Source of the DNA: a virus
Lineage: Duplodnaviria; Heunggongvirae; Uroviricota; Caudoviricetes
Reading direction: 5' to 3' (one strand)
Length of the DNA: 64,000 nt
IMG/VR virus record: IMGVR_UViG_3300002348_000001
Span: 19,979-83,978 of that record
The translations under genes and the position numbers were made by a program. Position 1 is the stretch's first letter, and every line of letters begins with the position of its first letter. The notes under the pieces were generated by a model. That model saw only the letters and a list, made by a program, of their open reading frames with translations. It searched no databases and was not told where the DNA came from. Shown piece after piece: positions 21,193 to 30,477 of this stretch.

Positions 21193-21917
21193 TATTTTCC
21201 ATTTGGTGCATTAACTGCTTGGCCATCTACATTATCATCTGTAAGATCTGTTTTAATTCTAAAGTATGTACCTAATAATTTTTGAGACGTAAGTTCTAGT
21301 ACTTGTTTTTCCAAATAACCAGGACAACCATATTCTTTATCTAATGGATTTTTACAGAAATCTTCTGTGTTAATGTTATTTCTACAAGCACATTCGGAAA
21401 ACATTATTTCATTTGGAACATCTTCTTCAAAAAAAGCAGCAATTCTTATAGCCTCTAAAAGAGGATTGTTTATATATAAATAACCGTTAGCTATCCAATA
21501 ATATTGTTCATTTTTAACAATACGTAGTTTTAATAGATTTAAATATCTATTTATAGTTATCTCTTTAAATCTTTTTCCTTTTCCTCCCAAAGCATTTATA
21601 GACCAAACTCCTTGAATTAAATATTGATAATTTCCTTCAGAAATACGAGGAAGTTTAAATTTTGTTCTAGCTACGGTGCAAGGATCTTGGAAATCACAAC
21701 ATTCAGAAATGGGCACCTCCACTAACTCTAAACAAGGAATAGTGGTGAATAGTGTATCTGTAGCCCAAAGTTTTCTAAGATTAGTCTCTCTTTTAACAAG
21801 AAGAATAGTGTTGTTTTTTATCTCAGAAGCAATAGCACGATCTGTTATCAAACTATCCGTTGATAACAATCTGTGCATACTTCTTACGTCAGAAACTAAT
21901 TTTCTTAATGTAGCCAT
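21192..21917 (-). CDS. Hypothetical structural protein (241 aa)
   Basis: ORF coupled (ATGA-type overlap) with 20713..21192. Confidence 0.65.
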   Translation of the reverse strand: MATLRKLVSDVRSMHRLLSTDSLITDRAIASEIKNNTILLVKRETNLRKLWATDTLFTTIPCLELVEVPISECCDFQDPCTVARTKFKLPRISEGNYQYLIQGVWSINALGGKGKRFKEITINRYLNLLKLRIVKNEQYYWIANGYLYINNPLLEAIRIAAFFEEDVPNEIMFSECACRNNINTEDFCKNPLDKEYGCPGYLEKQVLELTSQKLLGTYFRIKTDLTDDNVDGQAVNAPNGK

Positions 21918-21919
21918 TT

Positions 21920-23143
21920 TTATATTCTTTCTTCAAATTCACCTATTCTACCTGTTTCAGTGTCATACATGGTAGCAATAGCAGATCTGATATTGTTTAC
22001 ATAATTATTGTCAGCATGCCATCTATCTGCTCCAGATAAAGAAGGCATTTGTTGTATTCTCACTCCTTTAATTTCTTTAGCCATATAGAAGTGTTTATCT
22101 CCTGTATGAACCTCTCTATATTTAGCATTTCCAAAACTGTAAGCATCTTTTCCTGTAGCAAATAACAAAGGAAGATCATCTATCTTACAATTTCCATGAT
22201 GGTATCCTATAAATGTGTTTCCTAAAACAATACTTTTTGTTGTTGAGTGGTTTCTTTGAAAATGTATATTAGAGTCTTTTTTAAAAAATACTTCTAGTGC
22301 GTGGGCAAGATAAAAATCTTTAGTTCTATCATGGTTCCCTTGAACAAGAACAACATGCACTTCCTTCGCATTTTCATTTAAAAAAGATATTGCTTCTACA
22401 AGAACATCAAATCCAGCCTCATATTCACTAGCATAATCTGCTATCACATCTTGGGGAGTACCGTTTGTAGTTTGGTTTTGATAATTATCTGTGTGGAAAA
22501 AATCATTACCAATAGGAAGTACTATTCTATCTATAGTTGAAACTGCTCTCACTTTCCCTATCAAATTCTTTACCATTCTTAAAAAAAGATTTTTTCTCTC
22601 TTTTAAACAATTTGGACCATCTATCACTTGTTTGGCCAAATGAAAATCTGCAATAGAAATTTCTACATCAATATCAAAAAGATGTACATGATTAGATTTA
22701 TCTAAAGGAACGTAAGATGGTTTATAATTATTTAAAAACTTTGCAAAATCTTCTGGAGTGTAATCTTTTGGTGCTTTTATTTTGGAAAAAACAGAAGATG
22801 TAAATTTTCCATTAGGAAGTCTTTTAGACCAATAGTTGGTTATTACATATTTGTCTAGATTAATTTTATGTAATTTGGCAAGTTCTATATCATTCTTAGG
22901 CTCAAAATCTACAACTATTGTACTTTCTGCTGTCCCTTTTTCTATATTAACCTTTCTAAAAGCCTCATATTTTTCATTAGCGTCTGTCAAAACTTGAGGA
23001 ACAGACTCTTTTTCTTTTAATTCTTTTAACAATTCTGCCACTTCTTCTTCTGTAATTCCTAGTTTATCCGCATAAAAAGCTTTGGATTTTTTCCAACTTA
23101 AAAGTTTTTCTAATTGAAATAACAGATTTTGATTTTCTATCAT
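21920..23143 (-). CDS. Calcineurin-like metallophosphoesterase domain protein (407 aa)
   Basis: Motif VHVVLVQGNHDRT (the GNHD/E signature of metallophosphoesterases, Mre11/SbcD-like) plus HTGDKHF further on; located inside the tail gene block. Confidence 0.6.
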   Translation of the reverse strand: MIENQNLLFQLEKLLSWKKSKAFYADKLGITEEEVAELLKELKEKESVPQVLTDANEKYEAFRKVNIEKGTAESTIVVDFEPKNDIELAKLHKINLDKYVITNYWSKRLPNGKFTSSVFSKIKAPKDYTPEDFAKFLNNYKPSYVPLDKSNHVHLFDIDVEISIADFHLAKQVIDGPNCLKERKNLFLRMVKNLIGKVRAVSTIDRIVLPIGNDFFHTDNYQNQTTNGTPQDVIADYASEYEAGFDVLVEAISFLNENAKEVHVVLVQGNHDRTKDFYLAHALEVFFKKDSNIHFQRNHSTTKSIVLGNTFIGYHHGNCKIDDLPLLFATGKDAYSFGNAKYREVHTGDKHFYMAKEIKGVRIQQMPSLSGADRWHADNNYVNNIRSAIATMYDTETGRIGEFEERI

Positions 23144-23243
23144 AAGTAATAATTAGTTAAAATTAGTGTAAAGATAGGGATTTATTTTTATATTTACCAA
23201 ATTAATTTAACTAATCTAGTTATATAGTTTAACTAAAATGGTT

Positions 23244-23280
23244 ATAAAATAAAACCCCCCAAGAAAAATCTTGAGGGGAG
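23244..23280 (-). terminator. Rho-independent terminator on minus strand after gene 23314..23640
   Basis: Read on the minus strand: CCCCTCAAG-ATTTTTC-TTGGGGGG hairpin followed by TTTTATTTT. Confidence 0.55.
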
Positions 23281-23313
23281 TCCCGAAAACCAATAAACGA
23301 GACTTTTAACAAT

Positions 23314-23640
23314 TTATAATGGAAGGGTTGTAGATGTGGTAGTTGTAGGTACACAAAATCCTGTTAATGTACAAAAACTCTCTATAAGATCTGTATTTTG
23401 AAAAATCATATATAAAGTTTGTCGTGCTATTGTATAAGGATCTAAGGTATTATCTAGTTTTTCCAAAGCTACAACAAGACTATCTCCTGTATCCACCCCT
23501 GAATTTGGTAAATTAGGGCCATTATATTTAACATCAGTGGCAGCTATTGGATAGCCTTTAAACCATCCATTATCACATTTTTTTGGATAGAAAGCATTCA
23601 CTGTATTTTCAAAACAAGGTGTGCCTGGTAAACAAGACAT
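23314..23640 (-). CDS. Small structural protein with C-terminal Cys-poly-Thr tail (108 aa)
   Basis: ORF ends ...FCVPTTTTSTTLPL, the same C-(T)n-LP type tail seen in other tail proteins here. Confidence 0.6.
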   Translation of the reverse strand: MSCLPGTPCFENTVNAFYPKKCDNGWFKGYPIAATDVKYNGPNLPNSGVDTGDSLVVALEKLDNTLDPYTIARQTLYMIFQNTDLIESFCTLTGFCVPTTTTSTTLPL

Positions 23641-23659
23641 ATATTAATAATTTAAAATA

Positions 23660-24799
23660 TTAAGGAATGTACATAATATAATAACAAGCTCTTACAGGCT
23701 GAATATTTCTATGCCCATTTCCACTTCCTGTATTTCCTACTGATACAGTTGTTTCAACTTCAATATCTGTATAAGCTTTTTGAGTGGTGGTAGCTGTAGA
23801 TAAAATAGAACCAGTTCCTTGAACATTTTCTACTCTTGTAATAGGTCTTCCCTCGTTTGTACTATTGTCATCCCATTGTGTGTAATCAGACACACCCACT
23901 TTAATATCTGTAAAGTGGCCTGGATCTGTTACCACTGTATTAACAGTAGTAGAATGAGTATGGATAGGAAGCTGTGATGTAGAAAGTGCAATAGTGTTAT
24001 CACCTGTTGCGTCTCCTAAACCATAATTTGGATTATCTGGATAAGCAGGGCTTACAGCAGGATCTAAAGCACCTCCAGGAACTAAGGCAATTGCTCCAAC
24101 AGGAACTCTTCCTCTCATATCTGGTGTACCATTTAATCCATTACATAAATACACTTTATCCCACCCTTGTGCTTCAAAACCAGCTCCTGTAGAATCGAAA
24201 TAGCTTAGTGGCCCAAAATACTGCATCATAGTATAAGGAACCATTTTTACATATTGCTGTGTACTTCCAGTTTGGCTGGCTAGATAAGCAGCTATAAGAC
24301 TATTAAGATCTGCAAGTTTTACATAATTTGTATCTACGTCAAGAGCTAATGCTTCAAGATCAACACCGAATTCACATAGTTTTGTTATTACAGCTTGTAA
24401 CACTTGAGCAGTGGTTGAACTAGAAGTCACTCCAGATAAACAATCTACATCATATGTAGGGGGAATAAGTGCTGTATTAATTACATCCACCTGAGATTGT
24501 AAGTCACATGCTGCTTTTACTAAAGCTGTAAAAAGATCTACAATAGTAGGAGTACCGCATTCTGGGAAACAAGGGGCTAAATACTTAGTGACTAAGATGC
24601 AATAAGCACTTGGATCCACTGTAATATTTATACCTGTTCCATCTAAAAAAGATATTATTTTATCAATTAAAATTTGTTCTACAGAAAGAAGTGTATCTCC
24701 TGTTTCTATAGCTAAAATAGGAACATTTTCTCCTGTGTATCTAACACATCTGTCGGAAATTGTTTCTACACAACCGTTATAACAATTTGAGCAACTCAT
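23660..24799 (-). CDS. Tail fibre protein with phage tail collar domain (379 aa)
   Basis: Segment YLCNGLNGTPDMRGRVPVG...DNTIALSTSQLPIHTHS matches the phage tail collar domain pattern (C.G....P.LRGR.P.G....LPxHxH). Confidence 0.65.
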   Translation of the reverse strand: MSCSNCYNGCVETISDRCVRYTGENVPILAIETGDTLLSVEQILIDKIISFLDGTGINITVDPSAYCILVTKYLAPCFPECGTPTIVDLFTALVKAACDLQSQVDVINTALIPPTYDVDCLSGVTSSSTTAQVLQAVITKLCEFGVDLEALALDVDTNYVKLADLNSLIAAYLASQTGSTQQYVKMVPYTMMQYFGPLSYFDSTGAGFEAQGWDKVYLCNGLNGTPDMRGRVPVGAIALVPGGALDPAVSPAYPDNPNYGLGDATGDNTIALSTSQLPIHTHSTTVNTVVTDPGHFTDIKVGVSDYTQWDDNSTNEGRPITRVENVQGTGSILSTATTTQKAYTDIEVETTVSVGNTGSGNGHRNIQPVRACYYIMYIP

Positions 24800-24807
24800 T
24801 ATTTGAT

Positions 24808-25074
24808 TTATTTATGAATTAATATTTTTATTTTACTAGCTATCATAGCCACTGTATATTTGCTTGCATAATCAGGATTGCAAAACTTATATGTTAAAAT
24901 TCTTTTATAATTTAAAAGATCCCCTATAGCAACTTCTGGGATACTATTGTTTAAAGAAAAAACAATATTATTATATTGATCTTTTGCTAAATCTGTTAGT
25001 TTACAATCAATATCAGTTAAAAGTACTGGTATAGTTGTACAATCAATACAATTGGTTAATCTTGGAGATAACAT
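24808..25074 (-). CDS. Hypothetical protein (88 aa)
   Basis: Short ORF in operon register. Confidence 0.45.
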   Translation of the reverse strand: MLSPRLTNCIDCTTIPVLLTDIDCKLTDLAKDQYNNIVFSLNNSIPEVAIGDLLNYKRILTYKFCNPDYASKYTVAMIASKIKILIHK

Positions 25075-25187
25075 TTTTTATTCTTTTAGTGACTGTTTTA
25101 AGTTTATTGTTACAGGCTGAACACAATCCATTTATTAATTGACAGCCACACCCCACTTTTAATCCACAATTACGACAATTAGCCATT

Positions 25188-25811
25188 TTAATAAAAATTA
25201 TTTATGTAATTATTACCAGAACAACCACAATTTGATTTAATAAAATTGTTTAACATTTTGTCAGCCTGACGATATAATTTATTTGCTACATCTACAGCAC
25301 AATTGTTAGCAGCAGCTATAGCCCCCTGTATAAAATAATATATACTATTTAATTGCACTTTTGATTGTGTTTTAATAGCAAGATCACATTCCATCATATC
25401 CAACTTCATAAAAGCACTATCAAATTTCTCCTGTAACTGTTCTACACGAATAATTGTTCTTGTGACATTGTTTTCATACGCAGGAGCCACCGAATATGTT
25501 AAAGTGTAAATACCATCAGGAATAGGTAAAAGAGGATCTCCTACAACGCTAAGTCCTAAAGAAGCTGAATTAAATACATTAAAATCATTTACATTAAACG
25601 GTAAAGAAACTATACCAAACCCAGGCACTGTTATTTCAATAGTGGGTGCAGTTACATTAGGAGGATCGGTGGGATATGTTGAAGCATCCGCAACACCAAG
25701 AGTTAGTGTATTGTATGTTGGAATAACTAATATATCTAATTTTAAATCTGGCATATTCTTAAAATAAATAGTGCCAGAGGATTTGAGATTCATCCTCTCA
25801 CCCTCTGGCAC
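25188..25811 (-). CDS. Hypothetical structural protein (207 aa)
   Basis: ORF in structural module. Confidence 0.6.
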   Translation of the reverse strand: MPEGERMNLKSSGTIYFKNMPDLKLDILVIPTYNTLTLGVADASTYPTDPPNVTAPTIEITVPGFGIVSLPFNVNDFNVFNSASLGLSVVGDPLLPIPDGIYTLTYSVAPAYENNVTRTIIRVEQLQEKFDSAFMKLDMMECDLAIKTQSKVQLNSIYYFIQGAIAAANNCAVDVANKLYRQADKMLNNFIKSNCGCSGNNYINNFY

Positions 25812-25831
25812 AGGTTATATGATTCTACTTA

Positions 25832-26983
25832 CTAAGGAGTTAAAGTGGTAGTAGTTGTAGTTGTTGAAGGAGCTACAGTGGTAGTACTTGTAGTTGTGAT
25901 ACAAGTGTTGTTATCTACAACAAGTCCTAAAGCAGCTTCAAGAATTGTTTCGATTCCAGCACTTTCACCAGGACCAGCAGCAATTATTACCATGTTATCT
26001 TCATGGATGTAATCACCCCAAGTGTATCCTGATTTATCAAACTCATTAAACTTAATGTAGTAGGTATTATAGTTTGTACCATCTACAACCCAGCTTTCAA
26101 AGTTTTCGTTGTAACCAACCATTCTGTATAAATGCTTCAAGTATCCAGCTTGGTAGCTATAGAAATTCTTTTCAAGTTGTTTAATCTCTTCAGAAGTTCC
26201 TGTAGCGTAAGAAGCACGTTGAACAACAACAGCATTTGCTACAATGTTACAATTGTCTGCAACAATAAAGTCAGCAGTGGTAGCAGGACCAGAATAAACG
26301 AAAGTACGGAAGTACATTCTGTCATATTCAAAAGGAAATGCAGCAACATCACAAGGCTGGCCATACTTAGTAAGAGGCTTAGCAGAGATGCGTAAAACAG
26401 TTCCACCTACATTCTCAAATGTGTAGAAAGTGTTGAAGCTAATGTTATCAGGGTTGATACCAGGAGCAGATGCAGTTAATTTCACAATAAACTGATCAAT
26501 TAAAGCTGATGTATCCACTGTATCACAAGGATCAGCACCACAATCACAACAAGGAGCTTGTACAGTCACTGAACGAGTGAAACCATTGAAATATAATGTA
26601 TCAATGTAGCTAGAATGTGCACGCAATGTAAGCGTTACAACATCACCACATTTTACATTAAAATCAGTAACATCAGTGATCTGAGTTGCTGGAGTAGGAC
26701 ATCCTGATACTTTGTACCATTCTGTTACATTGGTTCTACAAGAACCTTCTAAGCAACCAGCAATTTTGTCTGAACGTTTACTGCCCTGAAGGTAAGTATT
26801 CACTCTACCTTGAGCTAGATAAAAATAAGGTTTATCAGCAATATTTCCAGCATTTGCAACACTGTAATCGCTTCTAAAGATACCAAATTGACCTGCGGTC
26901 AAATCTTGTGTGGATGTACCAGGGCTAGGTAGTGTATTTCCTACTGGAACCACAAAGAGCGTAGTTAATGAAAAATCCGCCAT
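25832..26983 (-). CDS. Structural protein with C-terminal poly-Thr tail (383 aa), possible tail tube/fibre component
   Basis: ORF ends ...NNTCITTTSTTTVAPSTTTTTTTLTP. Confidence 0.7.
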   Translation of the reverse strand: MADFSLTTLFVVPVGNTLPSPGTSTQDLTAGQFGIFRSDYSVANAGNIADKPYFYLAQGRVNTYLQGSKRSDKIAGCLEGSCRTNVTEWYKVSGCPTPATQITDVTDFNVKCGDVVTLTLRAHSSYIDTLYFNGFTRSVTVQAPCCDCGADPCDTVDTSALIDQFIVKLTASAPGINPDNISFNTFYTFENVGGTVLRISAKPLTKYGQPCDVAAFPFEYDRMYFRTFVYSGPATTADFIVADNCNIVANAVVVQRASYATGTSEEIKQLEKNFYSYQAGYLKHLYRMVGYNENFESWVVDGTNYNTYYIKFNEFDKSGYTWGDYIHEDNMVIIAAGPGESAGIETILEAALGLVVDNNTCITTTSTTTVAPSTTTTTTTLTP

Positions 26984-27006
26984 TTTATTTTAATTTAAAT
27001 TGTTGA

Positions 27007-27738
27007 CTATTCGTTTGTTTGTATTCTATATTGAGCACTCTGCATTGCTGCAGCATTTTCTGTGTACATAGCAAGATTTTGTACTGTAAGATCTAGAAGT
27101 TCATCCTCCAGATAAGTCTCAAGTTCGCAATCTTGATTTATTGATTCTTGGCCATCAAATTTTATATATCCTTCTTTATCAATATACACTGGGTATCTCA
27201 TATAAGAAATGTATATATCCTTTGGTGTAAATGTTCCGTCTGTGAATATAGAAATCTCATCAGAGGATAAAAAATTAAAAGTTTCCTGATATTCAAAAGA
27301 TGGTTTATAGTGATCATTGTTTAAAATTAAAGAAAGGTCTCCGTGTTTAGCAAGATCTCTATTAATCCATATTTTTCTATCTTTACATATTCCCTTGTCA
27401 GCTATGACATAACTATCAACATAGAACATGTATTTTGGATCTAATTTATGAATATCAGCTGACCATTGATTTAGTTCAATATTTTTGATTTTTACATCAA
27501 GTTTGCCCTTGTTATAAGGTACTATAAGACTCTGTAAATCTTCATATCTCTTTTTAAAAGAATCTAATCCAAGTCCAGAAACAGTACTAAATCCATCAAC
27601 CTTTTGTTTAATCAGCTTTATTTGAGCTTCATTTAAAGCTAATATTTTATCTTCTAAAGGAATCTCCTGATGATCATTTGTTGATAGTTTATTTAGTTTC
27701 TGATCAATTTTATATAATAAACTATCTACGGGTATCAT
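27007..27738 (-). CDS. Hypothetical structural protein (243 aa)
   Basis: ORF overlapping the upstream gene by 4 nt (coupling). Confidence 0.65.
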   Translation of the reverse strand: MIPVDSLLYKIDQKLNKLSTNDHQEIPLEDKILALNEAQIKLIKQKVDGFSTVSGLGLDSFKKRYEDLQSLIVPYNKGKLDVKIKNIELNQWSADIHKLDPKYMFYVDSYVIADKGICKDRKIWINRDLAKHGDLSLILNNDHYKPSFEYQETFNFLSSDEISIFTDGTFTPKDIYISYMRYPVYIDKEGYIKFDGQESINQDCELETYLEDELLDLTVQNLAMYTENAAAMQSAQYRIQTNE

Positions 27739-28703
27739 ACAGAAGCTAATTTTTTAGTTTTTACTTTTTGTTCTAGTGTAATCAATTCATCTTGATTATC
27801 GTCATCAGCAAGGAATTTAACTAAATCGTCTTCATCTTTTGCCACCTCAAATTCACCTTCGTAAATTTTTCCATTTGCCTTTGCTCTATAAATCGAATGG
27901 GTAAGGGCCTGTTTAACAAGATCTTTAATGTGAAGAAGATTTTCCTTCATATCTGCAAATCTATTAAAAACTTCAACTGGTGTTAATCCTTGGTATTTAC
28001 CTGTTTTGAACTCTGTTTGTTTTAAAACATTATCTACAAGATTATATACCACTTCTTCTTTGGTATCATCTGTAACTGGAAGTCCTAACAATCTAGCCAC
28101 CTTTTTCTTTTTATCTGGTGTCATAGAGTCAAACTTAACAATTGCTTTGTTGATAAGTTGTTTCTTTTTGAATATAACAGCATTTTCAATCTCATCATCT
28201 GCTACATAAAATTGTGTTTCTGCAGCAAATTCTCCTCTTTCCCATGCTTGATAAGAGGATGCAATTGTAGGATGTACTCTTAACCATGAGAAAGCTAATT
28301 CTTGTAAAGGTTGTGCTAAATCAAAATAGTTATCTCCATCTAACAATTTTACAGGTTGAACATGTAAAGTGTCATCTGTAGATGTAGACAATCCATAGTT
28401 CCAGAAACTAGATCTAGACCCTAGATTAACATCTCCAAGAGCTGCTTCAAGTTTTGTCTTAAGAGCTGTTACACGTTCAACTTCCATCTCTCTTTCTAAA
28501 GGATCAGAAATTCTACGAATATAAGCAGCATTAGGATCAAGCCCTGTTCTATATTGTCCATCAAGTTCCTTATAAGGATACTTAAATACACCTGTACCAG
28601 GAATCCTTGTCATACCTTTTTGAGAAAGCCCTCCCTGCATTGTTTGCAATTGAGAGTTGTTGTAGTCTTTCTTAATAGTTGAAATTTTGCCTATCTTACC
28701 CAT
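27735..28703 (-). CDS. Hypothetical head-associated protein (322 aa)
   Basis: ORF immediately downstream (minus sense) of the capsid candidate. Confidence 0.65.
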   Translation of the reverse strand: MGKIGKISTIKKDYNNSQLQTMQGGLSQKGMTRIPGTGVFKYPYKELDGQYRTGLDPNAAYIRRISDPLEREMEVERVTALKTKLEAALGDVNLGSRSSFWNYGLSTSTDDTLHVQPVKLLDGDNYFDLAQPLQELAFSWLRVHPTIASSYQAWERGEFAAETQFYVADDEIENAVIFKKKQLINKAIVKFDSMTPDKKKKVARLLGLPVTDDTKEEVVYNLVDNVLKQTEFKTGKYQGLTPVEVFNRFADMKENLLHIKDLVKQALTHSIYRAKANGKIYEGEFEVAKDEDDLVKFLADDDNQDELITLEQKVKTKKLASV

Positions 28704-28798
28704 ATGTAGTTTTTATTTGGTTTTTTAGCAGATGGTTCTCATCGAAGAGTATGCTGCTGGGAGACACCCCAACACATCCATCTGTATTTTAAGAAGAG

Positions 28799-28821
28799 CT
28801 CCCCCACCCTGAAGTGGGGGG
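28799..28821 (-). other. GC-rich stem-loop in the 186-bp intergenic region after the major capsid candidate
   Basis: CTCCCCCAC-CCTGAA-GTGGGGGG forms a 7-8 bp G/C stem; the surrounding 28704-28889 has elevated GC and a second inverted repeat (GCAGATGG...CCATCTG). Confidence 0.5.
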
Positions 28822-28889
28822 CATTCTCTTCTTGAATTTATGAGCTTCTTTTGGAAGCGGTCTAAGAATACTATTCTTAGAGGAGGAAT

Positions 28890-30443
28890 CTAGAATTGTG
28901 GTATTTCCTCAATTAAAACGGTACGAGATAAATCTTCGATGAATACATCACAACGATCTTTCATCCAGATTTCGTAACCAGGGAATTTGTTTGCAGAACT
29001 CATACCTTGAGACTTAGCAAAACCTAAGTGGTGACGAGTACCATCAATATATCCCCAAGTCATAGAAGGTGCACCCTTCATTCTCACTTCACGAATATTA
29101 TTAATCATAGAACCATCAGACATTGGAGACACATCAAACACCATGAATACTGGAGTGCTCTTTTTGTTCTGACCAAATTCTAAGTTTGATTGAGGAAGAT
29201 CTAACTCTTTTAAGTGAATTAGTTCAACACGACCAGTCTCACGAGTAACCATTGCATCGAAAGCAAAGTTGTAAGTGATGTGTTGACCTTCTCCTTGCAT
29301 ATAACGATTTCCAGAATCAGCCATGAAAGTAAGACCACTATTCAAAGCGTCATTCTTTAAAGCTTGTTGGAATACATCAAAACCAGCTTCGTTAGTGTAC
29401 ATTTTAACCTTACGGTCTTTAACATCCACACGTCTGTAGAAAAGATCTCCAAAAACTGAACGGATTAAGTTAGCAGAGAACTCACCACGGTTGTATTGTA
29501 CTAAGTTACCGTTGTTACGCATTCTGTGGTAAACACCTGCAGATGTACGCTTCAACTCTTGCTTAGAACCGTTTGTTTTCACTGTACCTGGTTTGCTCCA
29601 AATCATACGCTTAACTTTCAACTCAAGCATAGATTTACGCATCCAGAATTCAATAAATGGTTCCCATTTAACATCATTACGAGTTAAAGGAAGTTGATTT
29701 CTACGTTGAGGAGCATATACTAAAATGTCTAGAGGCTTACCAGAAGCATCTCTCATCATTTTGTCATCAGCCCACTCAGTGATTTTGTGCTCATAACCAT
29801 ATGCAGAACCTAAAGATTCAAACATAGTGATTTGCTCACCTAAACGAGGAAGACCTAAAAGATCTTGATCAAATTCACCAATAGCTGCATCAACTAATTC
29901 CAATTCAATACCAGTCTGTAAGAAGGTAGAGCTTACGAAATCAACTGTTGGGTTGTCAGTTACTAAAGTGAAAGTGTAAAGGTAGCCCATGTTCCAAGGA
30001 ACAGGATCTTTAATTACGTAGAAACGAGGTCCATACTGACGAGATCCTACAGAAACAATAGCGTTCTTAGAGAACTCATTTGTGTCTAATACAAGAGAAA
30101 ACTCTTGGCCATCAATACCAGGCTTGCTCAAATTGATTGTGCTATCTGGAACATCAATGATTTTAGGAAATTTGTAAGGAACTTGTACTTGCCACTTCCA
30201 AGCATCACTGTTATTGTCGATGTAATAAGGAGTGCTCTTATTAATCATATCCAAAAAGTCATTGCTGTACAATGAGCTCTGAGTGTATAAGCTGATGATT
30301 TTTTTATCATAATCAGCAGGCTCAGTTGAGTGAAAGCTTTCCAAGTGGTTAGAATCTGTTAATTTACCAACAGCACGTTTGTCCATAGAGGCCACACGAG
30401 CATAAGTAAATCCAGTTAAACCTGGAATAGTTTGAATTGCCAT
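28890..30443 (-). CDS. Major capsid protein candidate (517 aa)
   Basis: 517-aa ORF directly downstream of an acidic scaffold-like gene and followed by a strong hairpin. Position and size are typical of an MCP; no motif-level proof. Confidence 0.5.
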   Translation of the reverse strand: MAIQTIPGLTGFTYARVASMDKRAVGKLTDSNHLESFHSTEPADYDKKIISLYTQSSLYSNDFLDMINKSTPYYIDNNSDAWKWQVQVPYKFPKIIDVPDSTINLSKPGIDGQEFSLVLDTNEFSKNAIVSVGSRQYGPRFYVIKDPVPWNMGYLYTFTLVTDNPTVDFVSSTFLQTGIELELVDAAIGEFDQDLLGLPRLGEQITMFESLGSAYGYEHKITEWADDKMMRDASGKPLDILVYAPQRRNQLPLTRNDVKWEPFIEFWMRKSMLELKVKRMIWSKPGTVKTNGSKQELKRTSAGVYHRMRNNGNLVQYNRGEFSANLIRSVFGDLFYRRVDVKDRKVKMYTNEAGFDVFQQALKNDALNSGLTFMADSGNRYMQGEGQHITYNFAFDAMVTRETGRVELIHLKELDLPQSNLEFGQNKKSTPVFMVFDVSPMSDGSMINNIREVRMKGAPSMTWGYIDGTRHHLGFAKSQGMSSANKFPGYEIWMKDRCDVFIEDLSRTVLIEEIPQF

Positions 30444-30477
30444 TTGTGTTATTTTTTAATTTAAATGTATAAATTGT

